NCBI GenBank assembly: GCA_036278915.1
Contig: DASUKB010000001.1
Coordinates: 301,186 to 365,185, forward strand
DNA from: Patescibacteria group bacterium
GTDB lineage: Bacteria; Patescibacteriota; Doudnabacteria; UBA920; O2-02-FULL-48-8
DNA length: 64,000 nt
Direction: 5' to 3'
Each line of letters begins with the position of its first letter. The first letter of the stretch is position 1. This document shows positions 48,117 to 58,573 of this stretch, one piece after another. Under the pieces are notes generated by a model. It saw nothing but the letters and a program-made list of their open reading frames with translations. It did not search any database and was not told the DNA's origin. The translations under genes were made by a program, and so were the position numbers.

Positions 48117-49232
48117 TTATTTGCCGTCTATGGCTGAATTATAAACTTCAGTTGATCCTTCTGCTGCTTTGCTCCAGGTAAACTGCGCAGCCCGCTTGAG
48201 CACGAGATTTGCCAGTTCCTCGCCCCGGGATTCATTATGCAAAACTCCGAGTATTACGTCCACCATATTTTCGACATTGGTCGGGTCAAAATATTCCGCA
48301 GCGTGGCCCAAAATTTCGCGAAGAGTTGGAATGTCAGATGCAGCAATTGGCACGCCTGTCGCCGCGGCCTCTATTGCGGTTAACCCAAACCCTTCGGAAA
48401 GGCTCGGCAGCACAAATAACGAACAGCCGTTATACAAAAAAATCAAATCCTCGTCCGAAACACGGCCCAAAATTTTGATCTCTCCTGCATGCTTGGATGC
48501 TAAAATCTGCTGTTTGATTTCCGGGTAATATGGGTCAAAATCCCCGGCCAGCACCAGTTCGGCATCCACTCCTTCATCGCGCAGCATATCGAACGCGCGG
48601 GCAAGGTTAGGCAAATTTTTATACCTTCGGAACACGCCGACATATAAAATATACGGTTTGGCTATTTTAAATCTATTGTTCACTTCAGCTACGGCCAGAT
48701 CTTTGTCCAAAAGATGGTATTTGGGATTGACTCCTTCATACACTACAGTTATCTTATCTGGCTCCACGCCGAAATATTCCAAAATTTCTTTTTTTGTGGA
48801 TTCGGATACGGCTATTATACGACGCGATTTTTTGATTGCTGCGGCCAAAACCATATTGTATGCCATCCGGTGCAGGATGTGGGATTTTTTGCGGCCCGGA
48901 AACCGGGTGTGCGTCAGGTCGTGGATAGTCACCACAAACGGCCGGTTGTAAAAGATTGGCACGTTGAAATGCGGAAAGTGGACCAAATCCAAATTTTCTT
49001 TTCGTAAAATCGAGGGGAATTTAAACTGTTCGGCAAACGAATAATGTGCAATGTCGCAGATGACAATTTTCTGGTTGTATTTTTTGTAATCTTCCGTTTG
49101 CTTTGCGTTGCGGAAAAAAAGGACATATTGGTTGCCTCGATCCTTCGACAAAATCGCATGAGACAACTCTTCGATGTATCTACTAATCCCCGATCCTCCG
49201 GCCGTCATTCTTAAATCCAATCCTATTTTCAT
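48117..49232 (-). CDS. GT4 family glycosyltransferase
   Basis: VVTIHDL, IAVSESTK, YKN, PSLSEGFGL..IEA. Confidence 0.92.
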   Translation of the reverse strand: MKIGLDLRMTAGGSGISRYIEELSHAILSKDRGNQYVLFFRNAKQTEDYKKYNQKIVICDIAHYSFAEQFKFPSILRKENLDLVHFPHFNVPIFYNRPFVVTIHDLTHTRFPGRKKSHILHRMAYNMVLAAAIKKSRRIIAVSESTKKEILEYFGVEPDKITVVYEGVNPKYHLLDKDLAVAEVNNRFKIAKPYILYVGVFRRYKNLPNLARAFDMLRDEGVDAELVLAGDFDPYYPEIKQQILASKHAGEIKILGRVSDEDLIFLYNGCSLFVLPSLSEGFGLTAIEAAATGVPIAASDIPTLREILGHAAEYFDPTNVENMVDVILGVLHNESRGEELANLVLKRAAQFTWSKAAEGSTEVYNSAIDGK

Positions 49233-49241
49233 AAGTTATCT

Positions 49242-49299
49242 AGTCATTCTGAGCAAGGCGAAGAATCTTATAAGATCCTTCACTGCGTTCAGGATGACT
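49242..49299. repeat. REP-like composite palindrome
   Basis: agtcattctgagcaaggcgaagaatc...gatccttcactgcgttcaggatgact; supplies the stop of the upstream GT gene. Confidence 0.75.
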
Positions 49300-50377
49300 T
49301 ATGGTTATATTTTTCCTCTACAAATTCCTTAATTTTGGCCTGAAAATGCCGCTTGCTGAATTTTTCCGCGTTGGCGCGCATGGCTTGGATGTCGTAATGC
49401 CCAGGATTAAATTTCCGTAAAGCATCCACCAGGCTTTGGCAATTTTGTTCTTCAAAAAATTCGCCCGTGCCGCCAGCGATAACGCTTTCCTTTGCCCCGC
49501 CCGCGCGGAAAGCCAAAACCGGCGTGCCGCAGGCTTGCGCCTCAATCAGAGCTATGCCTGCATCCTCTTCGCCCGCAAACACGAATGCTTTGGACTGCGA
49601 GTAGTGCGCTCTTAACTCTTCATCTGGAACCCGTCCCAAGAATTCCACATTGGGTTTAGCCAATTTTTTGAGCGCGCTCATAGCAGTGCCGATGCCGGCT
49701 ATTTTAAGCGGCAGGCCCAGCTCATTGAAAGCTTCCACGATCACATCAATTTTTTTGTATGGTTCAAGACGGGAAACGGTAAAAAAATAATCCTGTTTGG
49801 TGCCTACGGTATGGAAAAATTCCGTATCCACTGGCGGCGGTATGACCACTGACTCGCGGTTGTAAAATTTTTTGATGCGGTCCTGCACGTTTAAAGAATT
49901 TGCTATCAAAAAATCCGGACGCTGTGCCGCGTCAAAATCCCATTTCTTAAGCCCAGGCAGGGCTCGTTTGCCAAACCATTTGAAAATATCCGGATATTTC
50001 TGCTGATTTATATACTCCGACTCGGTCCACAAAAATCTGGTCGGCGTGTGCATATAGCAAATATGGGGTTTGTCGGTCTTGACCCCTTTGGCAAATGACG
50101 AACTGTCCGAGATGACCAGTTCAAAATCGTCAAACTTGAAACTTTCTATAGCACCTGGCATCATGAGCAAAAACAATCGCGGATGAGATTTGGTTCCAGG
50201 AATCCGATTAAGAAAGCTTGTCGTCATTTTATATTTTTCGAACTCGCCCAAGGTTTTGTGTTTGTCATACAAAATCACGTGGATTTCGGCCTCCGGCCAA
50301 ATCTCCAGAAAATTTTGGAGGACTTTCTCCGCACCTCCAAGCTGATTTAGGAATTCGTGTACTAAAGCTATTTTCAT
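49289..50377 (-). CDS. GT4 family glycosyltransferase (WbaZ-like)
   Basis: MKIALVHEFL...GGAEKV, ISDSSSFAKG, YMHTPTR, EEDAGIA.IEAQACG. Confidence 0.9.
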   Translation of the reverse strand: MKIALVHEFLNQLGGAEKVLQNFLEIWPEAEIHVILYDKHKTLGEFEKYKMTTSFLNRIPGTKSHPRLFLLMMPGAIESFKFDDFELVISDSSSFAKGVKTDKPHICYMHTPTRFLWTESEYINQQKYPDIFKWFGKRALPGLKKWDFDAAQRPDFLIANSLNVQDRIKKFYNRESVVIPPPVDTEFFHTVGTKQDYFFTVSRLEPYKKIDVIVEAFNELGLPLKIAGIGTAMSALKKLAKPNVEFLGRVPDEELRAHYSQSKAFVFAGEEDAGIALIEAQACGTPVLAFRAGGAKESVIAGGTGEFFEEQNCQSLVDALRKFNPGHYDIQAMRANAEKFSKRHFQAKIKEFVEEKYNHKSS

Positions 50378-50500
50378 ACTTTATTATAGTAATTTTAGAT
50401 ATGCTGTATCCACTTTTTTTGAATACAGATTTTTCGAAATCTCCTGCTGAATCCGAGAATCATCCAAATGTTGATGATTGTAAATTAAATGTCCGAGCAT

Positions 50501-51925
50501 CTAGTAATCCACTTTTGGCCGGTGGCCGAGTAAAATTAGAAAAGTTTTGTAAATAATCCACAAATCCAACCACAAAGACCAATTTTCAATATAGAACTCA
50601 TCCAAACGAATTTCTTCTTCCCAGGAAATTTCCGGATTATCCGTGGCTTGAATAATTTGGGTAAGGCCTGTTGCCCCGGGTTTGAGCACAAACAGCCGTT
50701 TATAATCATTGCGGAAATGATCCACTTCCTTCACCATATGCACGCGCGGCCCCACCAGGCTCATTTGCCCGCGCAGTATGTGCCACAGCTGCGGCAGTTC
50801 ATCAAGTTTGGTTCGGCGCATAAAGCGGCCAAACGGTGTGACCCGTGGATCGTTTTTAATTTTCACATACGGTCCTTTGCGTGAATTTTGGGACTCGATC
50901 TGCTCGCGTAATTTGTCCCCGGTGGGAGTGCCCTCACTCATTTCATAATACATAGTCCGAAACTTATAGCATTCAAATTCGCCCAATCCCACGGCGCGCG
51001 GCTGGTGGAAAAACACCGGGCCTTTGGAAGTAAGTTTGATAATAATACTGGTCACCAGAAATACTGGGCTTAATATAATAAGTCCAAAAAACGACACAAC
51101 TACGTCGATAAGCCGTTTGACCACCTGCCCCCAGCCTTCAAGGGGTGTCGCTTTAAGCGAAATCACAGGAATTCCGGAAATGGCCTCGACTGCGACATTG
51201 GTGGTCGCTGTTTCAAAAATATTCGGCACGAAATTGTAAAGGATGCCGTAGTCGCGGCAGAAGCGCAAAATAGACGTGCTCATCTCCTGCGGCAATTGAG
51301 GGTCGGCCTGCAGGAGTTCATCTATGCCCGACTCAACACGCAGTGATTCCAAATTCGCTACCAAAGACTGCCTTGGAGTGTCGGAAATAACAGTACCCAC
51401 GACCTGGTAGCCAAGCTCGCGACGGTTTTGAATTTCTTTTATAAGCTCGGTGTCGGCATGGTCGCGACTGGCTATGATCACCAATTTATGCAAGCCAATG
51501 CCTTGCTTAAGCATCCGGATCTGCATTAAACGCAGGATGATGCGTCCAAGGCTTATAAGTACGATTATCAAACCCCAACTGACCAAAATGATAAACCGGG
51601 AAGGAAACACGGTTTCGTTGAAGAAAAACAATATGACTACAATGAGCAGACCCGATGAAATCGAGAAAAATATACGAGTCAGTTCCGCAGTTATGCGGCG
51701 CGTACCCTTGAGGTTATAAAGGCCGGCCAAGGCCATAAGTGCCAGCAGAATCGGCGAAACCAAAAGCAACAACTCTAAATATGAATGCAGGGTCAGCTCG
51801 TAAAGAATCGGCCGGAGAGAAACAATACGGAAACGCAAAGAAAAAGCCGCAAATCCTGCGGCCATAATCATGGCCCAATCCACAAAAATTGAGATTAGGT
51901 TGAACAGCAGTTCGGACTTTTTCAT
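50501..51925 (-). CDS. Polyprenyl-phosphate priming sugar transferase (WcaJ/WbaP-like)
   Basis: Four N-terminal TMs, KRLIDV, YKFRTM, DPRVT..GRFMR...DELPQL, MSLVGPR, YIENWS. Confidence 0.93.
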   Translation of the reverse strand: MKKSELLFNLISIFVDWAMIMAAGFAAFSLRFRIVSLRPILYELTLHSYLELLLLVSPILLALMALAGLYNLKGTRRITAELTRIFFSISSGLLIVVILFFFNETVFPSRFIILVSWGLIIVLISLGRIILRLMQIRMLKQGIGLHKLVIIASRDHADTELIKEIQNRRELGYQVVGTVISDTPRQSLVANLESLRVESGIDELLQADPQLPQEMSTSILRFCRDYGILYNFVPNIFETATTNVAVEAISGIPVISLKATPLEGWGQVVKRLIDVVVSFFGLIILSPVFLVTSIIIKLTSKGPVFFHQPRAVGLGEFECYKFRTMYYEMSEGTPTGDKLREQIESQNSRKGPYVKIKNDPRVTPFGRFMRRTKLDELPQLWHILRGQMSLVGPRVHMVKEVDHFRNDYKRLFVLKPGATGLTQIIQATDNPEISWEEEIRLDEFYIENWSLWLDLWIIYKTFLILLGHRPKVDY

Positions 51926-52019
51926 AAGCAATTCGTGCTTTTATTCTACCATTTTTGCTTAAATTTTTCCAGTTGGATGGGAATAAAGTTTTTTGCTATA
52001 TTAAGCTTAAGGAGGAACT

Positions 52020-52454
52020 TTGACAAACTTTACCAAGGCGCTCGATGGGCTCTGCGATCTGATTATCAAACACGCATCACCCACCAGAGGAGAACCGCCG
52101 CCCAAAACCCACGAACGACGCGGTGCTGAACGGCCGTCGCACTTGCCAGAATTCCTGGACGATGTGGCCGTAGCTAAGATTCGGATCGTCACAAACCATG
52201 CATCCGAGGCAAAATGCCGAGAGTGGCTCTGCGCGATACTATCGGAGATTCTATTGGAGGCACAATGCAGATGTCCAGCCGTGCCCGCGTACTTTGAGGA
52301 CGCCCTGAATTATTGCCATGAGTTGAAATTGCCCGAGCTTGCCCCTTGGTTCCGGCAAATCAATGGACATGGGGATGATTTCGGACAGATCCTCTCGTCT
52401 CACATCCGCTTCGCAGGCGCTTATGCCTTCGAGGCCACCCATCCCCGTGCGTAA
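52020..52454 (+). CDS. Orphan hypothetical protein, 144 aa
   Basis: AAGGAGG SD before TTG, TATATT -10 upstream, converges on terminator 52483-52512. Confidence 0.6.
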   Translation: MTNFTKALDGLCDLIIKHASPTRGEPPPKTHERRGAERPSHLPEFLDDVAVAKIRIVTNHASEAKCREWLCAILSEILLEAQCRCPAVPAYFEDALNYCHELKLPELAPWFRQINGHGDDFGQILSSHIRFAGAYAFEATHPRA

Positions 52455-52524
52455 ACTTTACGCTCGGGGTATTTTTTGTAACAAAAAACCCAAGCCTTCT
52501 GGGCTTGGGTTAAATGCTTAGAGA

Positions 52525-52815
52525 TTAATAAGAATCTCTGCGAGGACCGTCGCGTCGTGGACCTTCGGTCTTCGGTCGGGCTTCATTTACCGCCAGTGAG
52601 CGGCCGCCGAAGTCCTGGCCGTTGAACATTTCAATGGCTTTCTGGGCTTCTTCGGGTGAGCTCATCTCAACAAATCCGAAACCTTTTGATCGGCCGGAGA
52701 ACTTGTCGGTGATGATTTGCGCGGAAACAACGTTTCCGGCTGCAGCAAAGTGCTGTTGCAATTCATCCTGAGTGGTCTTGAAAGGAAGACCGCCTACGAA
52801 TAACTTAGTATTCAT
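52525..52815 (-). CDS. RRM (RNP-1) RNA-binding protein
   Basis: KLFVGGL (RNP2), SKGFGFVEM (RNP1), VNEARP. Confidence 0.95.
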   Translation of the reverse strand: MNTKLFVGGLPFKTTQDELQQHFAAAGNVVSAQIITDKFSGRSKGFGFVEMSSPEEAQKAIEMFNGQDFGGRSLAVNEARPKTEGPRRDGPRRDSY

Positions 52816-52986
52816 TTATCAACTACAGATCCCGTATCTTGTACGGGACATGCCTTAAACAAAGGAAAATATGCTAAACGCAAACTTGAACCCTTGTTTT
52901 AATACGTTTTCCTTCGACTAAGGAAACATTGGGGACAGTATAGAGCAAAAGGCCTGCTTTGTCAATGGCTTGGGCGAGGAGCTTTG

Positions 52987-53733
52987 TTATACCTCCAGCT
53001 TTAAAAATGGGTCCAGGCCGCTTTTTTTGAGCACTTCAAATGCCACATTGTAGACTGGCACGCCCTTAAGAGTCTGGCCTGAATGCGCCGCGTGGTGCGC
53101 GTGCCCGTGGACTACAAATTTGATATTTTCAAACCGGTCTATGACTTCGGCTAAACGCGACGAACCAAGATACGCGTAAATTTCCTCGGATTCTCCGGCG
53201 ATAGTGGCGCGGATTGGCGCATAGTGCAAGACCACGACTTTGGCCGACACTTCCTGGGATTCCAGCTGTTTGAGCGCGTTCTCAAGCTTGAGAGCTTCGT
53301 TTACTGCTTCGGCTACGAAAATTTTGGTCGCCTCCTCGCCGAAGGACCCGAGCATATGCTTTTCAAACCCGCCGCCAAAACCTTTGACCCCGGCAAATCC
53401 AATGCCGTGGAATTGGAATATTTCATCATCCAAAAATTTAAATTTGGCCTGGGACAAAATTTTCTTGACCTCATCCACTTCCTCGGCCTGCACGTCGTGG
53501 TTTCCTAAAACGCCTATCACGGGAATCTTGCACTGCGAAAGCGAAAAAGCCAAATTCTCCGCCTCTTTGGGCAGGCCAGTGTTGGTGAGGTCTCCGCAGA
53601 GAAGCAAAATATCTGCAACGTCCGAGACTTTGGTAAACAGATCATGGTAGGGTTGGAAATGGTGCTCGCGTACGTGCAAATCCCCTACCGCAGCAATTCT
53701 AACTTTTTCAGCTTTGGGGGATTCTGGACTCAT
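52987..53733 (-). CDS. Calcineurin-like metallophosphoesterase
   Basis: GDLH, GDLT, GNHD, HGHAH; AGGAGGTG SD inside upstream gene. Confidence 0.9.
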   Translation of the reverse strand: MSPESPKAEKVRIAAVGDLHVREHHFQPYHDLFTKVSDVADILLLCGDLTNTGLPKEAENLAFSLSQCKIPVIGVLGNHDVQAEEVDEVKKILSQAKFKFLDDEIFQFHGIGFAGVKGFGGGFEKHMLGSFGEEATKIFVAEAVNEALKLENALKQLESQEVSAKVVVLHYAPIRATIAGESEEIYAYLGSSRLAEVIDRFENIKFVVHGHAHHAAHSGQTLKGVPVYNVAFEVLKKSGLDPFLKLEV

Positions 53734-54454
53734 GCACATCACCTCCTATAACGTCTCCAAATCCAAACTTGGAAACATCTATATAATAATCTTTCAGCGA
53801 AAAAATCCGGCCGCGGCAAATCTTATTTTTAGGCGTGGGCGCCGCAGCCTGATGCATCAAGCGCGACAAAAGTTCATTTAAAATTTCTTTAGGCACGCTC
53901 TCACGCTCGGATGGATAAATAAAACGAAAATTCAAAAGATGGATCAGCAGAACTTCCCAATACTGCTCCATATAATCCAAAAGCCTTTTCCAGTCAATGT
54001 CCTTGTGCTTGAGTAAAATTAAATGCGCAATGTCGCTGCCTTCATACTTGTCGCGATCTTGCACGAAAGCTTTGGCGAGAATTAATTCGGCCGGCGGCAG
54101 AAGTTTAATCTCTATGCCAAACAAAGTGCCAATTTGGGATTCGGTAAACCAATTATCGTTGACCGGGCTTTGCGCATTCTGCAAATTGAAAATCACGTCA
54201 AAATAGGTGCCGTTGTGGCGGACCTTGGCCAGCCAGCGCTCGTCTTCTACGCTCGTCTTATAACCGGCCTCGGTGAACATATTTAATACGCGCGGATAGT
54301 CACCGGGCTTCACAAAAATATCCATGTCCTTGGTCTCGCGCTCAATATCGGTGTAGACCTTTACGGCCATGGTTCCGCCAAGCATAAACGGTATACCGCT
54401 TTTGTTCAGAAGCTTGAGGGCTTGGATATAAAACTCCTCTGCCTTCCGGGTCAT
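53708..54454 (-). CDS. Uncharacterised nucleotidyltransferase family protein
   Basis: FMLGG..A..VYT...RETKDMD (GG..DxD), WLAKV, DIDWKRL. Confidence 0.85.
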   Translation of the reverse strand: MTRKAEEFYIQALKLLNKSGIPFMLGGTMAVKVYTDIERETKDMDIFVKPGDYPRVLNMFTEAGYKTSVEDERWLAKVRHNGTYFDVIFNLQNAQSPVNDNWFTESQIGTLFGIEIKLLPPAELILAKAFVQDRDKYEGSDIAHLILLKHKDIDWKRLLDYMEQYWEVLLIHLLNFRFIYPSERESVPKEILNELLSRLMHQAAAPTPKNKICRGRIFSLKDYYIDVSKFGFGDVIGGDVHESRIPQS

Positions 54455-54568
54455 AAAATTTATTTAATGCTCGTGTACATAAATTACCCCCTATTTTTAA
54501 TCAGGGAAATTGTAACAATCGCCAAAGGAAGGCTTGACAAAAGACCATTTTTAATATAAAGTGTATAC

Positions 54569-54997
54569 GCTTTCAAAAGCAGGTGCGGCAATCGCTCCGA
54601 CAAGCGTAAAGCTCATCGGAGAGGAAAGTCCGAACACGTTGGTTGGATGGAGTCTCATGAGTCCATGCAATCGCAGGTAGCGGGTAATTCCCGTCGTGAG
54701 TAATCAAGTGGTGCGAACAGAGACGATTTTTGCAGAAATGCAAAAGTCGCCCAGCCTCACTTTCAAAAGTGGGGCTGGGCGCAGCTCAATGGTAACATTG
54801 AGTGTGAAACGGCTAAATCCATACTTGCAAGTGCAATGCCAAATAGGTCCAGCCCTTGCGTGCAAGGGCATGGGCGGGTTGGCAGCTTGAGGTTATTAGC
54901 AATAATAATCCCAGATAGATGATTGCCTCTTCAGCCCCAGTTCGCAAGAACTGGGCTGAAACAGACAGAATTCGGCTTATAACCAGCTTTTGGAAGC
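54569..54997 (+). ncRNA. rnpB: RNase P RNA
   Basis: GAGGAAAGTCCGAAC and ACAGAATTCGGCTTA (P4), GTGAAACGG, AGATAGATGATTGCC, complementary termini; TTGACA-17-TAAAGT promoter and terminator 55001-55030. Confidence 0.95.
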
Positions 54998-55043
54998 AAA
55001 TAAAAACCACATCGAAAGATGTGGTTTTTATTGACCCTAACAA

Positions 55044-55307
55044 CTATGTAAGCCTGCGTCGATGCTGGAACGGTGAGATAATAAGCAATAGCACAATGGA
55101 CCCTATGATGGCCACGATAAAGCTTCGTACGTTGAATCCTGTTACGCCCGCATAGCCAAACAGCGAGGCTACCCAGCCGCCAAGCCATGCACCGACAATG
55201 CCAATCACGATGTTGGCAAACCATCCGAAGCTGGCATTCTCGCCCATGATGATCGTGGCGAGCCATCCGGCTATAGCCCCGAATACAATCCAAACTATTA
55301 TGTTCAT
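55044..55307 (-). CDS. GlsB/YeaQ/YmgE family stress-response membrane protein
   Basis: WIVFGAIAGWLA, NIVIGIVGA.LGG, SFIVAIIGSIVLL. Confidence 0.93.
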   Translation of the reverse strand: MNIIVWIVFGAIAGWLATIIMGENASFGWFANIVIGIVGAWLGGWVASLFGYAGVTGFNVRSFIVAIIGSIVLLLIISPFQHRRRLT

Positions 55308-55380
55308 ACGTCCCCTTTCTATTTAATTCAAAATAAGAATAGGTTTTTCGTAAATTGCTTTCAATTGGGAATTCATACAA

Positions 55381-55972
55381 AAAGAAAAAGCCTCCGAGAG
55401 ATCGAAGACTTTCTACTAACTTTTCACTAACACCTCCTTGGTGTTGTAGGTGGGCCGGCGGCGATCGCCGCCGGCCCTCGAGAGAACGAGAGAACGAGAG
55501 AACGTCGGGCTGCCGGCGCGGTATCTAATCGCACAGGCTTTACCCCAAGTCTCCAATCGTGAGAACCATTTACCGGAGGAGACATCCGGATGGCAGCCGC
55601 TGCAGACGGCAGCCTTCAAGCCCGCGCAACGCGGGCTACAGCGGGCCTGGCGCGCTCGGCGCCAGTCACCCGAATGGCAGAGCAAACAGGTCGTGGTCGA
55701 TACCGGCCCATTCCTCTGCCTCGCAGCTGGGTTTACTTTTTTCGAAGACCCAGCTACATTCGGCCGATTGCTCGACCGAATACGATGCTGCTCAACCGGA
55801 GTCACTTGCTATCGACTAATGCCGACAGATGGCTCTCACGGGAGCAGCGAAATTGCTGGCGCCAATACACTGCCTGCTGTTGGTAAAACCGAGGGGTAAA
55901 GACTCGGTTGGCAGTGTGCACATTGGCGTCAACTCTTGTGTAAACTCGTTGAAAGAACTAACCTTTACTGTA
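55381..55972 (-). ncRNA. Candidate large structured ncRNA, about 590 nt
   Basis: TTGACA(56007-02)-17-TATATT promoter; more than 10 helices including long-range 55829-40/55558-69; G-U pairs and GCAA loop favour minus strand; terminator 55413-55381. Confidence 0.75.
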
Positions 55973-56066
55973 CACACAAATATATACGAAAAGCCAAGAC
56001 TTGTCAAGACTCTTCAAATCTGCTATAATTTGCAGGTATTTCAAACCGCCTTCGCGGCTTTTATTT

Positions 56067-57896
56067 ATGACAAGACAGGATATCCGAAACATCGCAATCA
56101 TAGCGCACGTTGACCATGGTAAAACCACGCTCGTGGATGCCATGCTCAAACAAACCCACGTTCAAAGAAACGTGGAAGATTTGGGCGTGCTCATTATGGA
56201 CTCTATGGATTTGGAACGCGAACGCGGCATCACCATCAAAGCCAAGAACGCCTCGGTCGTGTTCAACGGCATCAAAATAAATATTGTAGACACTCCGGGC
56301 CACGCAGACTTTGGCGGCGAAGTGGAGCGCACTCTGCGCATGGTGGACGGCGTACTGCTTTTGGTGGATGCCAAAGAAGGCCCAATGCCGCAGACCAAGT
56401 TCGTGCTCAAGAAAGCTTTGGAACTCGGACACAAAGCCATTGTTGTCATAAATAAGATTGACAAACCGGACGCACAAATTGACGACGTACTCAACCGGAC
56501 TTTTGATTTATTTGTATCACTGAACGCATCCGACGAACAGTTGGATTTTCCGGTCATTTACGCTTCCGCTGTTTCGGGTCAGGCCACACTTGATCCCCAG
56601 AAGCCCGGAACTGACCTTACTCCCCTGTTCCAAACTATAGTGGACGAAATTCCCGGTCCGACAGTTACCGAGAACGAACCTCTGCAAATTTTGGTGCTGG
56701 CGCTGGCCTATGATTCCTATAAAGGCAAACTAGGCGTTGGAAAAATCTCCGCGGGCAGCATCAAAAAAAATCAGCCAATAATGCAGATTGCGCCCGATGG
56801 CACTAGACTTTCGGGACGGGCAACCGATATTTCCGTGTTTGCCGGACTGCAGAAACAATCTGTAGAACAAGCTCTGGCAGGAGAGATTGTCTCCGTGGCA
56901 GGACTTGAGGAAATCACTATCGGTTCAACCATAACCGATCCTGCCAATCCCAAACAAATCGATCCCGTGACTGTGGACGAACCAACTGTGCAAATGAGCT
57001 TTGCCGTAAATAACTCTCCTTTCGCAGGTCGCGAGGGCAAATTCGTGACATCCCGCAACTTACGCGACAGATTATATAAAGAATTAGAAACCAACGTTGC
57101 TCTCAAAGTTACCGACACATCTTCTCCAGACACTTTTTTGGTGGCAGGCCGCGGCGAATTGCACTTGGCTGTGCTTATAGAGACTATGCGCCGCGAAGGA
57201 TATGAGCTCCAAGTCTCACAGCCGGAGGTTATATTCCACGACGTAGATGGCATAAAAAGCGAACCCTTTGAACGCGTGTCCATAATTGTCCCCAGCACCT
57301 ACCAGGGCGCTGTTATAGAAGAGGTCGGTCGCAGGAAAGCCGATCTTGTGACTATGAACCACACGGACAACGGCGAAGTGCATCTGGATTATATAATCTC
57401 CACTCGCAACCTCATAGGACTCAAAAGTAAACTGCTTACGCAAACCAAAGGAACTGTAATCCTAAATCATATTTTTGACTCCTACGCTCCAGCAGAAGCT
57501 TCAAGCCTGGGCAGTCAGCCCAAGCACGGAGTGCTGATTGCTTCTGAAGCAGGCGTTTCCAATGCTTACGGACTCAACAACGCCCAGGAACGCGGCGAAC
57601 TGTTCATCGGTCCGGCCCTGGAAGTTTACCAAGGCATGATAATCGGCGAAAATGCCAAATCCGAAGATATAGAAATCAACGTCAACAAAACCAAAAAGCT
57701 TACCAACATGCGCGCCTCCGGTTCCGACGAAGCGCTGACTCTGACCCCGCCAAAAATTTTGAGCCTGGAGGAATCTTTGGAGTTTTTAGCTCCTGATGAG
57801 CTGTTGGAAGTTACGCCGCTTTCCCTGCGCCTGCGCAAAAAAATCCTGGACGCCACCAAACGCAAGCGTGAAAAAATCAGCACGAAACAAAGCTAA
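56067..57896 (+). CDS. typA: Translational GTPase TypA/BipA
   Basis: [53 protein letters not shown]; start MTRQDI at 56067. Confidence 0.97.
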   Translation: MTRQDIRNIAIIAHVDHGKTTLVDAMLKQTHVQRNVEDLGVLIMDSMDLERERGITIKAKNASVVFNGIKINIVDTPGHADFGGEVERTLRMVDGVLLLVDAKEGPMPQTKFVLKKALELGHKAIVVINKIDKPDAQIDDVLNRTFDLFVSLNASDEQLDFPVIYASAVSGQATLDPQKPGTDLTPLFQTIVDEIPGPTVTENEPLQILVLALAYDSYKGKLGVGKISAGSIKKNQPIMQIAPDGTRLSGRATDISVFAGLQKQSVEQALAGEIVSVAGLEEITIGSTITDPANPKQIDPVTVDEPTVQMSFAVNNSPFAGREGKFVTSRNLRDRLYKELETNVALKVTDTSSPDTFLVAGRGELHLAVLIETMRREGYELQVSQPEVIFHDVDGIKSEPFERVSIIVPSTYQGAVIEEVGRRKADLVTMNHTDNGEVHLDYIISTRNLIGLKSKLLTQTKGTVILNHIFDSYAPAEASSLGSQPKHGVLIASEAGVSNAYGLNNAQERGELFIGPALEVYQGMIIGENAKSEDIEINVNKTKKLTNMRASGSDEALTLTPPKILSLEESLEFLAPDELLEVTPLSLRLRKKILDATKRKREKISTKQS

Positions 57897-58225
57897 TTAT
57901 CGCATGGAATAGGAGTTGGCTCGGGTGCGGGCGCCATGGGACCCGGTCCGACTATTACTGTGCCTGCACTTCCCGCATTCTCACAACCAGGCAAATATGT
58001 GCGCACAAAATACATATTGCTGTTTGCAGTCTGTACGATCTCCCCGCCTTCCTGCGGGAACGCAAAGTCCGTATTGAAAACTCGTACCAGACAGGGTTCG
58101 CCCAATATATTGCCCTGATTTGAAGCGCCCAAACCATCGGCATCTGTAAATACCGGAAACGCAAAGATGACAAGACTTGCGCACAATACGCCGACCGCAG
58201 TCATCTTGAAGTTTTTCAAAATCAT
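57893..58225 (-). CDS. Hypothetical secreted protein
   Basis: Signal-peptide-like N-terminus from MILKNFK (58225), Cys pair, Pro-rich tail. Confidence 0.55.
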   Translation of the reverse strand: MILKNFKMTAVGVLCASLVIFAFPVFTDADGLGASNQGNILGEPCLVRVFNTDFAFPQEGGEIVQTANSNMYFVRTYLPGCENAGSAGTVIVGPGPMAPAPEPTPIPCDN

Positions 58226-58344
58226 AAATTTCCAGTTAATTATCCAGCCCATTGTCGCGCAATTCTTAATTGTGTGATATTGGAACATCGCACGAGACCC
58301 GGTAAACAAAAAACGCCTCATATGAGGGCGTCTTTTGTTTGGGC

Positions 58345-58422
58345 TCAAACTTCTTCGTCTACATCGGACGAGTGCTTCCGGGCGTTTGTATCCTCGGAAT
58401 TCATATCTTTGTCTTCTGGCAT
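58345..58422 (-). CDS. 25-aa acidic micro-protein (not in ORF track)
   Basis: AGGAGG SD, MPEDKDMNSEDTNARKHSSDVDEEV, terminator about 58335-58305. Confidence 0.5.
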   Translation of the reverse strand: MPEDKDMNSEDTNARKHSSDVDEEV

Positions 58423-58573
58423 ATGCCTCCTGTCTGCCATTGGCAGAATTAATGCTTTATTATTTAAGCTGATTGGAAATTTTTGAGGAATGATTTAGTT
58501 TGCACAAAAAAAATTTGAATGGCAACATTTTCTTGTAGTTTAATTCCGAAGCTGTTAATAAACCAAAAAGCAG

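Noticed and set aside
55479-55504. Short repeats as a CRISPR array
   Set aside because: 8-mer tandem with no spacers; no cas genes or regularly spaced 23-47-bp repeats noticed in the window
55416-55805. 129-aa minus-strand ORF with two CxxCH motifs (CLLCH, CSGCH), suggesting a diheme cytochrome c
   Set aside because: No signal peptide or SD, Arg/Ser/Ala-rich composition typical of GC hairpin DNA, and both motifs come from ctgccat helix ends; overlapping ORFs in other frames are equally long. Revisit only if homologs conserve this frame.
55381-55972. tmRNA, 6S, SRP RNA, group I/II intron or 16S fragment as the identity of the large RNA
   Set aside because: No tRNA-like acceptor or T-arm, no end-to-end rod, no SRP domain IV motif, no interrupted host gene or domain V, and the 16S-like matches are short, scattered and on both strands
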